From: Kondoa subrosea
Taxonomy: Eukaryota
Assembly (NCBI GenBank): GCA_039545335.1
Contig: BCIN01000001.1
Location: 3,723,136-3,787,135 of the forward strand
Direction: 5' to 3'
Length of the DNA stretch: 64,000 bases
Made by a program: the position numbers and the translations under genes. Below, piece by piece: positions 1 to 12,673 of the stretch. The notes under the pieces were generated by a model. The model ran no database searches. It saw only the letters and a list, made by a program, of their open reading frames with translations, and was not told the DNA's origin. How positions within the stretch are numbered: position 1 is the stretch's first letter; each line of letters begins with the position of its first letter.

Positions 1-228
1 TGTTTCGGGTTAACGAAGTCCAAGTCTCGCGTTTCGCTGTCTTTGCTTCTGGGGCTGAATCTTTGGAAGCGCTTCTCGTATTCTCGTATTCCGTCTCAAT
101 CGTCGCGTACTCGGCCGGGTAGCAAAGCCAATTGCGCGTCGTCTTAGCGTTGAGTCATTCGGCATCCCCTGGTGTGGTGTGTGGTTGATCTTTTCTGTGT
201 TGCCATCTCTGTTGTTCTGTCACCTGTC

Positions 229-1789
229 ATGTCGAGCCTGAAAAGGAAGACACTTGAGCTAGGTGTGCTGCTTTCATGTTCATGTCTCGATTATAAGCTC
301 AAGGCAATTAAGGACTCAGCGAACGTTGGTCTCTTGCCAGACGAAATGTCGGCAGTCCTATGATTGTGATAATATGCGCTTCTCTTCAGCATAATCTCGT
401 CTCCAAAGATGAGCTTCTTCGCGTGGTCAACAATTTATTGAAAGCCTATCCAATGCTCAAATGCGGTGTCAGGGGAAGAACAAGCAATGCACCGGAATAC
501 TGGATCAATGAGTCAATACAAGCTAAAGATATTGTGACGACAAAATCGCTTTCGCCGCAATCGAAACTTTCAGATCAGCTTGCAGAATCTGTAGAATATG
601 GCTTCTCTTTTGATGCTGATCGAGGTCCGATGTGGGAGTTGCAATTACATCAAGCAGGGAATCAGGAGCGTGATAGATTGTTTCTCCTCATTGACCATAT
701 CATCGCAGGTCAGTTGTCTCTTTCGCTGACTTTCTCTTCTCCTCTGATATGAACCTGGCAGATGGTGTTGGCGCAAAGAATCTCTTTATTGATATACTAG
801 AATTACTCTCGTCACCTTCGAAGACACTGTCAGCAAGCACTGATTTACCGGTCAGGTTGGACGAAATAGCAGATCTGACTCCTCTTCCTGCTACGAGTTC
901 TCCCACCTCCTCTATCCCAATCAAAGCCTTTCCACCTAGACAAGAAGGATATAGCTCGCGAGAAGCACCTCAGCACTTCTTTACCTTTGAAGTAGCTCAA
1001 AGTCAAGTTTCTGCTCTAATTGCGCAAGGCAAGAAACATGGCGTCAAAACTCTTCATCCAGTTCTCTTCATGTCTGGTCTCGTAGCGCTCTATCGGGCGA
1101 CTCTACCCGAATCTCGTTCTTTAATCTTCCGTACCGCTTGTCCCTTCTCACATCGAAACGAAATAGCAAATCCAGTTTTCGCTACCGGTAATTATGTCAC
1201 TTTCCATTTCGTGACTGAGAAATTGGATGCTACCTCAAAGTTTTGGGCAAAAGCAAGAGAATATTCCGCAAATCTTGGAAATCCTCAAGCGAAGATCAAA
1301 GCCAAACAAGCTCTAGGCAATTTCTCACTTTTGACTCAACGCAAATCAGCCAGACTGGACAAGACTGGTTGGGAAGATTATATAGATGAAGCAATCGATC
1401 ATCCTGATGGACCTCATTCAATGGCTTTCGTGGTTTCGAATGTCGGGATTTTAAAAGTACCTACAGAAGGCAGATTGGCTGGACAAGTTCAGGATGTATG
1501 TTTTGCTCAAACCCATTCCCATACGGCTGCAGCGTTGTTATCAAGCGTGAGTGCCATATTTCCGAATTCCTTGTTAGTAGTTGATCGGCAGGAGCAGGTT
1601 GTTACTGCCGAAAATGGCTCACTTATGGTCGCTTGCGGTACTAGAAAAGAAGCGACGCCTGCGGGAGTATTGGAAAGGTTTCAAGAGATGTATCCAGCGA
1701 TACTCAAAGCTGTGGCAGAAGGAACAATAGAAGACGAGCAAACAATAGAAGAAGACATTGGAGGAATAGAGTCTGCTATTAAATTATAG
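229..1789 (+). CDS. Alcohol acetyltransferase / condensation-fold CoA-dependent acyltransferase (spliced)
   Basis: Spliced reading MSSLKRKTLELG-LSERWSLARR. The sequence GPMWELQL...FLLIDHIIA|DG, joined across an intron near 708-761, restores the HxxxDG catalytic motif. The C-terminal VSNVG...FAQ segment is typical of fungal ATF-like enzymes. Confidence 0.75.
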
Positions 1790-1932
1790 AAATGCTAAAT
1801 GATAGCGGTTGCAAATGAAAGATGTGTGGTACTCTAGCTATATACACCGATTGTTGACGACTACAATTCTAAAAGATTGCACGTGATTAGAAGCCCACAA
1901 ATACTAAATCTGCTCTACTGAGGAATCTCGCA

Positions 1933-4830
1933 TCAAGCGGAAGTCTTCTCTGCAGGTACCTTCTCAGGAATGGATTCAGACTTCTCCAAATCAGGAGTGC
2001 CTGGCGAGCTTGCTGCCGGCTTGCCCACGGTTTTGATGTTGATGTCTTTGATCAAGATTACAACGGCGAGGATGCAGATGCCACCCAGAGGGACCTGAGA
2101 CACGATTAGCTACATCGGAGAGCAGAGTGGGAAGAAGCTTACACCGATGATATAGGCGAATCGAATAGATTCGGTGAAAGCCTTGATCACAGCCGGTCTG
2201 ATGTCCGCTGGAGTAAATTCCGGGTTGTAGATATCGACAATAGATTTAGATAGACGATCATAATTGGCAGTTGGCGCATATTTTGCCAAATTTTTTCGGA
2301 ATTGTGTATTGACTACTGATTGAGCAGCAGCATATCCAACAGCACCTGTATACAGATTATTGAGAATCAATCGGAGCCGGGACGGAAGGCGACTGACCTC
2401 CCATACGCTGGAACAGAGTGCAAACGGCTGATGCTTGAGGAATTTCACTACAGGAGTACGTCAGATGATGAATCACGATATAAATATGCAGACCTACCGA
2501 GGTTTGACTGAAGCTTGAACAGCCAAGAAAACATTTTGGAAGACAGGGCCAATACCGAGAGCGACGATGACAGAGTACCCAGCATATTTGCTGTAGGAGT
2601 CGGTTTGATTGAGAGTGTACATCAGACCACCGCCTGAAACCACGAGATCAGATCAGATTTAAGTCACCTGAACATTGCACTTACCAATACAAAGGAAAGC
2701 CGGTGCGGTTGCCATAACTATGGAAGCAATCAGCGCCGGTCAGCTTAGCGCGTAAGGGCACTCACATGGCCAGTATCGACCGGTTTTCTTGACGACAACA
2801 CCAACAATGACTGAAGAGAGATGAGAAGAGATCTTAAGCCATCAGATGAAGATAACGCACTTGAGGAGAAGATGAAAGAGGCCATGAAAGGTAGAGACTT
2901 AATTCCAGCAGTGGTAGCCGAGTCGTTTTTGACAGCTTCGAAAGATTGAGCGAGGAAATAGATGTATACGACTATCGCCAGGATGTTAGAAAAGATGGAA
3001 AAGTCAAGGACCACCGACTTACACATGGCGAAGAATTGGCAGAATCCTGTAATACTTGCTCCAATGACTGTCATATTCTTCAAGAATCGTAGAGGAAGCA
3101 GTGGTGAAGCTCCCGCGCAGAAGTATTCCCAGGAGAAGAAGGCAGCGCACGCGACTGCTGAAGCCACGAAAAAGCCAATAACGTATCCGCTGTCCCAAGG
3201 ATGTGTAATACCGCCAGCGATGACAGCTAGCAACAGAAAGACGATTGCGGCAAGGAGGATAGCAGCGCCAACAAAGTCGAAGATGAAGATCCTGTGCCAC
3301 AAAGATCCGACTTTGGCAGTGCGACCGAAGGTAGCGATTTTGAATCTCCTGGAAGCTGTGTCTGAGACTGCTTGGTTCATTTGTGGAATACTAGTAGCCC
3401 AATTCAGCAAGATAAACATAGGTGCAAACAGCAAAACCTACGGAGAGCGAGGAATCAAGAACCAGATACCAAGAACGGCCAGTGCTCCGATGGGCAAGTT
3501 GATATCTGCAAAATTGTCAGCCTAAGACAGGGAGGAAAATCAAGAAACCAACAGAACACCCATCCTAGAAGCACTGATCAGCTATTGTATCTATCCTACA
3601 GACGGATGGACTCACTCCAAGTCACATGTTCTGCATGAGGATGAGTTAAAGACTGCTTCGAGTAAATTCCGAGCTTACGTGTGAATGCACCACCGAGAAG
3701 CGCTGTTGAGGATGAGTTAAAGACTGCTTCGAGTAAATTCCGAGCTTACGTCCAACGACGGAACTGATACCGAAAACACCTCCGAACTAACGACTGGATC
3801 AGTGTCAAGCACTTCAGCTTGAGATCCGACTTACTAAGCCCATCAGAAGTGGTCTATCCTCGAGACGCGAGATATCGGCAATGAGCGCGATCATTGAAAT
3901 GAACTGCAGAGAACATCAGGTGGGCGATTTGAGCTTCGAAAGGGAACCGACAATGCCAGAAGCGCCCTGATGATGGTATTAGCTGCTTAAAGCGACAAAA
4001 AGCCTTATTGAAACTCACCAAACCCGCAACAGCTCGTCCAAAGATCTCGACATTGATGTTAGGAGCAACACCGCATAGCAAAGAGCTGCGAGAACTAGTC
4101 AGCTATCTCTTTAAAGCCTCAGACGTGGACTTTGGCGTACCCAAGTTCGAAGATGAAAACGGCGATGACTGCGCCGCACCGAAGAGATTAGCTACTGAGT
4201 CATCAGATAGCGATAGGGCTCACGGTAAATGGCTTTGCGTTCGAAAATGATCAAGAGTTGACCAAAAACCAAAAGGAAGCACTGATCAATAATAATCAAC
4301 TGCGTGAAAACGAAGAACAAAGTAGATGCAACGTACGGCCTGCGTGAGCACAAAGGAGCTTACAATCCACGCCGCTTGATTGTAGCTGCGAGCGCAAACA
4401 TGAGCGAACAAACAAGTTGCTATTGACAAGAATTCTGACTTACGCGTTGAAATGGGCAGTGATGACCGGAAGAGCGGGTGAAAGAATAGTCTGGTCGATA
4501 GCAACCAAGAAGAGAGTAAGAAGCATAGCAGCGAAAGCAGTTGCCAGCTGATTACTAAGCAGTGAGCAATAGAACTTGCTGCAGACGCGCGAAACTAACT
4601 TTGCGGCCGCGAAGAACTATATCGATACCTATCAGCTACACTCTCATGTTAGTGGAATGCACCATACTCTTTGATTCATCTTGTAAATTATCATCCAAAG
4701 TTTTGGCTCGCACAGGGGCATTGCCTTCGACAGCCAGTTTTGGATCCACTGGTGGAATTTCCTCTGCTACATTTTCAGTAGGTTGAGCAGACAAGCTGTC
4801 ATTCTTTCGGTTGCGAGTGAAGAAGCCCAT
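1933..4830 (-). CDS. MFS transporter, DHA2 (14-TMS drug:H+ antiporter) type, many micro-exons
   Basis: Reconstructed motifs: SLLCGVAPNINVEIFGRAVAG, FGGVFGISSVVGPLLGGAFTQHVTW, DFVGAAILL..GGITHPWDS, PLLPLRFLKN. Multiple hydrophobic segments. Confidence 0.9.
3636..3751. repeat. 45-bp perfect direct repeat (3636-3680 and 3707-3751) forming two adjacent near-identical introns of the MFS gene
   Basis: tgaggatgagttaaagactgcttcgagtaaattccgagcttacgt occurs twice. On the minus strand each copy reads AC|GTAAGCTCGG...TTAACTCATCCTCA followed by (ACAG or TGCAG). Confidence 0.95.
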
Positions 4831-5272
4831 TGAGAGATTTGTTTGACTTGTTTGACGGGGGCAACAAAGGGATGCAAAATTGTTCGAGTATGCGAGATAT
4901 TGGTTTAGGACAAGGAGCGGAAAGAGATAGATATACACATGAGAGGCCGAATGCGTACGAAAGCAAAAATTAAGAACGTCTATTTTCGGCCGGGATGACT
5001 GTATCCACCGCCTGGAATTATCTCAATGCCTGACGAGTTCGTCATCGTCTCGTAGCCATCGGTGCCGTATAGCGAATGCGAGATGAAAGCGAGGAGACAA
5101 ACTGCGGGACGATCTGACAAACGCGTATGAAATCTCATTACGTAATCAAAGCTCCTTTGTTTTTCCGTTGAAACTATGGAAACGATTGGCGTCGCAGTCT
5201 GTCGCTCCTTTGAAGCGTTGACCACGACGACCAGTCCTGGTCTTTGCGTTTGATTCTCACTGGCTCGTCTAG

Positions 5273-7165
5273 ATGATGTTGCCTTTACTTGCTCTGCTGC
5301 CTCTCTTGACTCTTGCGCTGGCCGCACAAAAATGTCCGCAGAGCGGCACGCTTTCGACATACGTCGCTGCCTATGACGGAGGCCTGCAGGATGTTGTATG
5401 GAACGATGTGACATTGCAAAACTAGTGAGCAGTTCATAGTAGTAAAGCAAGTAAACTTCTGCTCATCCAAGCTTACAGTTTCGTCATTCCAACTACGCAA
5501 GACGGCTTCAGTGTTCCTGAAGGTCAAGTTCCGCTCAAGTCTTTTGTTAAAGAAGCTCGAAGAAAGAAGGTCAAGGCCATTGCAACAATTGGTACAAAGC
5601 TCTTCTCTGCATTCAGACTTGTCTCATTGTGATGAAATAGGAGGATGGACTGGATCTCAGTTCTTCAGTGATCTGGCTGCTACAGATGCGTCTAGGTCAA
5701 AGTTTGCAAAGGTAAGGCGTTCATCAATTATCTGCTTCGCTTCTCATTATCGTATCGGATCAGCAAGTCGCTGATCTTATTCGAACGAATGGCCTCGATG
5801 GCATCGATCTGTAAGCCTATCTTAATACCTGAATGAGGTGAATGCTGAGCGGACTTTTGCAGGGACTGGTATGTTGAATATACTAAAAGCTCGATCCTTC
5901 TTCTGATCCTGTTGCAAAGGGAATATCCTAATAATGCTGGCATTGGATGTAACAAGGTTCGGCCTGAAGATACAGCCAATTATCTTCTCTTGCTTCAAGC
6001 TATTCGTGCTCAAATCGGTACTAAGAAGATTCTCTCTATTGCTATCAATGGAGCTGGCTTATTAGATGGTCAGCATCACACTTAGTAGTCATATTGTATA
6101 CTCAGTAACGAGAGCAGCCGACGGCAAGCCATTAACTGATGCCTCGGGATTCGGAGATGTCTTGGACTACCTTAGTAGGTCTGAGCCTCGCAGCATAACT
6201 CGTAGCTGAATATCTTACAGCATTGATGACTTATGACACTTGTGAGTATGGTCACAGTGTCGTGCTTGCACAAAGCTTACTTTGTTTGCAGATGGATCTT
6301 GGTCTGACACTACTGGACCAAATGACCCTCTATACGACACTTGTTCAGATCTTAAAGCATCAGTCGATACAGCGTGAGGCTTTCTCCAGATTTCTGACTA
6401 GCTTTGCTTCTGGATTTTCGTGTTATAGTGTCAAATACTGGACCAGAGCCAAATTCCCAGCGTGCAAACTTCTCATCGGCGTTCCTTCTTACTCTTACGC
6501 TTTCAACACCAAGAGCAGTACTTTGAGTCTCACTTCACCTAATGGATCTCGAAGCGGTTTATACCAGCTCAAAGAAGCTACGGTACCCAAAGGCGATGCG
6601 AATGATAAGTTTTCTACTGGAAAGGATATTTGTGGGAACGAATCCTCTGGATATGGAGGCGGTTGGACCTACAAATCAGTAAGTGTGACAATGGAAAGCG
6701 GAGACAGAGAGTTGATATGAAAAGCAGATGATCTCCGGTGGAATCTTGTCTAGCAATGGGAAGAAAGGAATGAACGGCTTTACACGCTGTCAGTCTGAAC
6801 TGATTGAGAGTCTCGACACTTGCTGAAGATGTGAAACATCAGATTGGGACAAATGCTCTCAAACGCCTTTCCTCTTCAATCCTGATACCAAGTACTTTAT
6901 CGCTTACGAAGATGGTCCTTCTACTCGTGAGAACCTACTGCATCATAAATAAGCAAAGACTAATGGTTCTTCATAGTTGCTAAAGCGAGATATGCTCGAG
7001 AAAAAGGCCTTGCTGGTCTGTAAGTACCTTTGATGTCATGCCAAAGATGAAGCTGATGGTTATGTCAGCAACGTCTTTGCCAATACTGGCTTCAATAAGC
7101 AAGTTTATGCTACTGCAGCAAACGGCTTAAAGGGCAAGAGCAAACGCTCTCTTCATCTCAGGTAG
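5273..7165 (+). CDS. Secreted GH18 chitinase
   Basis: Signal peptide MMLPLLALLPLLTLALA. Motifs IGGWTGSQFFS, spliced catalytic GLDGIDLDWEYP, LMTYD, KLLIGVPSY, and WDKCSQTPFLFNP...IAYEDG...AKARYAREKGLAG. Confidence 0.92.
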
Positions 7166-7271
7166 ATTCAGAGCTGACGTTTGGATGCTCAAATGGCATG
7201 CAGTGAGGGTTGGGGACATTTACGACTTAACGAATTACGACTGTCACGAATGTATCGGTGAAAAGGGGATA

Positions 7272-8532
7272 TCAAAATACAATCTTTTTTCCCTTTGTTG
7301 CACCAGAAGCTGCCAAACTGACCAGTTCCTGTTGTTTCTTCTTTGCTTGCCAAGAAGGATGCATAGTCTCATCCATTGGCTCTTGTTTCTTCTGCTTCTC
7401 TACTTTTGGCGCAATCGCTTCTCTACCCTTCTTGACTCTAGCCAATTTTTTGGCTTCAACAGTCGCAGCAACCAATTCATCCGCTTTCATACTCTTTTTC
7501 ACATGATTCGCTTCTTTCCCGTATTTCTTCTCATAGATCGCTTGTCTAGCTCGTTGACCTCTCCTGTTCTTTCTTTTCGGTTGTTCGCCATCCGACAATC
7601 CACCATAATCCGGTTCTGACTCAGCAGAAGATTCACCGAAAGTGAAACCCGTTGATAAAGAAGGTAAGAAAGAAGAGGAAGTAGTAGCTTTAGTGGTAGA
7701 AGTTTTAGGTTTTTTAGGTCGATCAGGGTTCTTTGCCCTCTTCGCTGCGTTCTTGCCCAATTTAGGTTTTTCAACATCGGATTGCGATTCGAAATCATCT
7801 TCGCCAATCGCTTCTACTTCTACTTCCTCTTCTTCTGCCGCTTCAGCTGTTGCTTTGCCTTTATTTAATTTTGAAGCCTTGATCTGAGAAGAAAGAGGTG
7901 CTAATCTGCCAATAGCATCAACGACGATCTTATTCGCTAGAACACGGTTGATAGCTTTCCCCCGTGTAGACGAGGTATCCAATGCTGTCGGACTGGATTC
8001 GAGGTATGCTGTGATTTCGTCTGATTTAGGTTCTTGTTTGTTATAACATGATCTGAGAGCGTAGGAGGCGATCACAGATAGATCTGCTGCCTTTTGAACC
8101 GGACATCAGCGAGACACACGTAGAAACAAGAGAGAACATACCTTGAGCTGTTCAAGCTGCTCATCCAGTTCCGATGCCAGAGCTTTGTCTTCTTCCTTGT
8201 CATCTTCCCTGCACGTCAAATCAGCTAATTCATACGCCCTTATGCCGTCGCTACATACTTGAGCTTTTTCAACTTCCGTATGAGTTTCTGCGATTCAAAA
8301 GTTCTGGCTTTCTTTGCTGCTTTAATTATGGCATCCGTGTGATCCGACTATTGTCGACGCAAGCCATCAGGTGAAGAACAGCTAGAATTCAGGAGATGTA
8401 CTATGGAAATTTGAATCCGCGGTTTCTTGGCCTGCTGCTCTGTATCAGCTGGAAGCGACCTGCCATTGAGATGGAACGCACTGATTTGCCTTTCTGCTGA
8501 CTTGTAGCTTTCCTCTTCTCGCCTGCCACCAT
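7272..8532 (-). CDS. BUD22: Bud22/SRFBP1-family ribosome biogenesis protein
   Basis: N-terminal KAAKKARTFESQKLIRKLK; C-terminal KNRRGQRARQAIYEKKYGKEANH and MHPSWQAKKKQ...GKKIVF. Confidence 0.88.
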
Positions 8533-8614
8533 TTCTTATTGCTCGTTGCAGAAATACTTCATCGTCACAAGTTTTCAGCAGACCACGACCACTCGTACAG
8601 GCGATTCCTCGGAG

Positions 8615-10373
8615 ATGCCAATCAGGGATGATTTTGAGCCCATTAAAGCTCTGCTTAATCCCTTCTTTGAATCGTACAAGCTTCAATCGGACGTTCTGGA
8701 GTTGCAAGAGCTACACAAGTTTGCGAATGACAGCGCTGCTGTCGGTCGAGTACTGCAAGGGGGTGATAGCGAAGCTCGATTAGGATGGAGAGAAGCAAAG
8801 AGCAGAGCGGCGTGGAATCATTTGCTCCCGTCTAAGGATGCGCGAGAGGTTGCTTGGGTTGATCAGGATGCTGTTGTGTGGTCTTGCCAATGGTCTGATG
8901 CTGTGAGTTGCATCAAATAGCACCTAGAAGGTTGCTTAGCTCATGTAGCAGGGCGAAGCTACAATTCAGCAACTCATCTCGCTGCCTAAACCAATCGGAG
9001 GCAGTTCAGCTTCATTTGAATATCCGGCTATCATCTCTCTAGGTGATTCGAGTTGGCTCATTTCAGATGGTACTGGTCGGCTGTACATCTACAAGGCGTC
9101 AGAAGTACAAGTTGAAGCAGAACTTACTCGCCCAGATGGGTCACTACGACCTTTCCGACTTCATTCTGCAACCTCTCTTGGCAATGATGTACAGATCTTT
9201 ATCTCGTACTCTGCGCAATCCGAATCGAAGGAGATTGTGTACTATATCTCTGCTCTCACTTGCCCTCTTTCCGCGACATCAACCGTCCCGCTTCAGCCTG
9301 ATTGGACCGTGACTGGCTCAGATATCCCATCCTACGTCGCTCATCGCGATAACGAATGGATCGTCGGTGCTGCATGTCTCTTCAAGTCCTCTTCTCAACC
9401 TCAAGCACCCTTGCAAGAACCCAGTATGGACGTAGATAGCAAAGAAACGAAAGAAGCAGGCTATACATGGACTCAAGATGAGCAATGCTTGACCCTAAAT
9501 TTCAAGCTACCTAGTCAAATAACAAAGGAGAATATCAAAGTCTCTTTCTCACCTCAATACTTATCAGTAATTATCGATACTCCCTCTTCCTCTTCCTCTA
9601 CTTCCACAGACTTACCTACCAGAATCAGTCATCGACAATTACACGCACCAATAGATCATCAATCTTCAACCTGGACTTTCGATCCCGAAGAACATACGTT
9701 AGTAGTCAACTTGGAGAAGACTGAGAACGATTCAGCTCGATGGCTTTCTCTTTTCGCTACACATGAAGAAAGTGATCCATCGGAAAGTTTCAGTGCTGAG
9801 AAATTAGAAGAGATGAAGAGTGTTTTGAGCCATATGACTCAAGATGGATTAGGAGGAGCAAGTAATGGAGGGAAATTACCTGGATTATTAGGAGAGGAAG
9901 AGGAAGATGACGATTTGACTGGTCTTACCGTCTTTACCTACATTACCTCTTCAAATGGTCAAAGTAAATCTGGGTCAGGAGCGGAAATCTTATCCACTTC
10001 TTTGGCTTCCTCTTCGAATTCAGGATCGATGATCATCAAAAGAGGTTACGATGGCTTACTCTTCTCGCCCAGTGAGACTTGGGAACATCAAACTACTTAT
10101 CCTGCTTTGGCTTATGTTCTCGCTTCGAAACGATCTCTCAATATGCGCTTTATCTTACATCATGATCAGAAGTTCTGTATCGCTATAGAAAGTGGTGGAA
10201 ACGTTTGGGCTTATTTCCCTCCTCCTGCTGGCAAGAAGCAGAAAAGTGCTGTTCAAGCTGTGGCAAGATTAGATGATGATCTGGGTGCGGTATTAGGTTG
10301 TTGTGCGGTCGATCAAGTAGGTGTAGTATTATTGTGTGACAAGGGCCTATGTACGATCAAAGTATTATTGTAA
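8615..10373 (+). CDS. NUDCD1: NudC domain-containing protein 1 (CS/p23 domain)
   Basis: N-terminal LLNPFFESYKL, CS domain YTWTQDEQCLTLNFKLP...SSTWTF, and C-terminal HQTTYPALAYVLASKR. Confidence 0.85.
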
Positions 10374-10404
10374 ATTGGAGCATAGCATTGGATACTTTAT
10401 ACAT

Positions 10405-12452
10405 TTAAGATCTAGATTTGATATCACGATTGTAGACTCTGATCAACGATGCAAGGGATTTGGTGATCCATTGCGAACAAAGAGCGCTGGTTATAGTAAG
10501 GCGGTAAGCTGGATCAGATTCAAGCAAGCCCATAATCAAGGCGATAGCTGATTCCTGAGTCAGCTTTTCTGCGATGTGCGGTGATAAGAGAGTTCTCACC
10601 ATCCTCATCAATACCAGTCCAAACTTCGTCATAAAAAGGTACTTTGCCAGCAATGATCACATTAGCCAACCTCTCATTCATACGATCTTCTTTCCGTTCA
10701 GCCAATGCTTCTTCATCCAATTCTTCTTCACTTTCAGCTTCATGCATCAAGTCCAATTCATCAGCTGAAGACTCTTGCATAGCTGATTGATCTTTGAAAG
10801 GATGAATTCCTCCGCTAAGGCATTCGTACAGCACAATACCGATAGCGAAACAATCTAGAGCTCTTCCATCATAGCCTGATATTGTGATTCAACGTAAGAC
10901 AATCAAAAAAGCAGTGAAGAAAGACCTTGATCGTGAGTCTTGCTCAAGAAGAGGTCTGGTGACCAATAGCAAGAAGTTCCGACGAGAGAGTGTTGACGTT
11001 CCAAAGAAGATTTGGCAGTCCCGAACTGGAGAAGATTGAGCAAAAGCATATTTTAAAGGTGCAAATGACTTACATCCGTGATAAGCACTCGAGGCTGAGA
11101 ACCTTGGCACATGATGTTCTCGGGCTAATTACGGAAATTAGACATCCCTCAGTACCGTCGTATAGAATTACCTTGATATCTGGGCGTAATCTAGTCTCGG
11201 TGTAGTAGACAAAAGCCTAGTAAGACGCTTACCTCTGTGACAAATGTTCTTCTCTTCATGCAAGTACTGTTTAAAAAGGTAAGTAGAATATCCAGACCAC
11301 TCAAAGTAAGGTCTGACCTTGAGAGCGAGGCAGAGCTGGTAGATGATATACTTGGATTCTCCATCGGTCAAGACTCCTTTTCGGCAAATGTACGAGAAGA
11401 GATCTCCACCAATGACACTATGAGAGCTCCTTAGTACAGTCGTGTATGAATGCGGGAGATGCTTACAGCTCCATGAAGATATAAATCTTTTCAGGATCGC
11501 TTTCAGTATCAGCGTAAACCATTTTGTTGATGTTTGGCTATCCACCGAATATCAGTACAGATTTCTCTCAGAGCTGAAGGACTCACATGATTCAATTCAG
11601 TCATGATTTCAATCTCCCTAGCAAGATTATTGTTCTCGCCCAAGCGTTTTCGCTTGATGATTTTACAAGCGACTTGTCCGCCTTTATGCAAGTCCACAGC
11701 AAGCTGAACAACGCTAAAAGTACCACTACCTAAACTGGTACCTTTGATACTGAATCGATCTGCGATAGTCAATGGATCCCAATGTCCAGATCGAGCTGAT
11801 TGAGTTGAAGAATCATTGTGATGACCAGCAGGAGCAGTGTGAGAGTAGATAAAAGTTTGAGTGTTGATAGAAAGCTCATCGCCGTCCTGAGGGACCTCAT
11901 GAGCTACTTTTGTTCTGGATAAGAGAGGAAACTTGCGGTGAGAATGACAGTTTGCTCGTTGATAGAACGACCATTGAATTTAGTACCATTGGTAGAACAA
12001 TCTTCATAGCAAGTGACAAATTCGTCAGTGTCACTTTGAAACTGTTCAGCAGACTCAAAATCAGTCTAGTGGAAACAACACGAGATGGAACGAACAGCAT
12101 GTAATCGAGCGTGATTGTTTGAAGCAAAGAAAGCATCAACCACATAAGAACTTTGGTCTGATCTGCCAATCGTTAGAGCAGGAGCGTCAAGCTTGATAAT
12201 CAAAGTCTGATCTTTTCCGGTTAAAGGACATTTCGTGAAGAGTCTTCCAGCTTCGCGCCTGACACGAGTAGGTGACACATCATAGTACTGTGCGTTCTTG
12301 TGCAAAGGCACAGCTTGACTACGCGTGACTTTGAAGGTAGGCAAATTCAAGCGAGTTTGTTTCAAGTCAGGCAAATGGAGAGCGCTACTAGGTGCGTCGT
12401 GCACATCGTCTAGCAGTACGCGCTTGCGCTTCGGTATGATAACGGAGGACAT
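10405..12452 (-). CDS. FHA-domain Ser/Thr kinase, Mek1/Chk2-like
   Basis: FHA domain LTIGRS...ASNNHARL...DCSTNGT. Kinase motifs LGSGTFSVV, VACKII, GGDLFSYI, spliced HRDIKPEN, and DFGTAK...RQHSLVGT. Confidence 0.85.
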
Positions 12453-12673
12453 CTTGCTGCAGAAGAGTGAGAAGTAAGGAAAAGTCACGGTCTGGGACAA
12501 GGTTGGATGAAATTCTACTGTCGAACAAAATGGGAGAGACAGCCACAAAGACTTTGTAGAACGGCTCTCAAGGTCTAAATGTGATCGGGAATGAATCCTC
12601 ATGTACATTTAGGACTCTAAGGCTTATATACATGCAAAGCGAACCCTCGACACTGCTTACAATACATGACTGC

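Noticed and set aside
2962..3525. 187-aa plus-strand ORF
   Set aside because: Antisense shadow of the MFS coding exon.
3636..3751. Repeat-spacer-repeat resembling a mini CRISPR array
   Set aside because: Eukaryotic context, only two copies, and the spacer is a coding exon between two introns.
4980..5450. 156-aa minus-strand ORF
   Set aside because: Overlaps the chitinase first exon and promoter; no motif.
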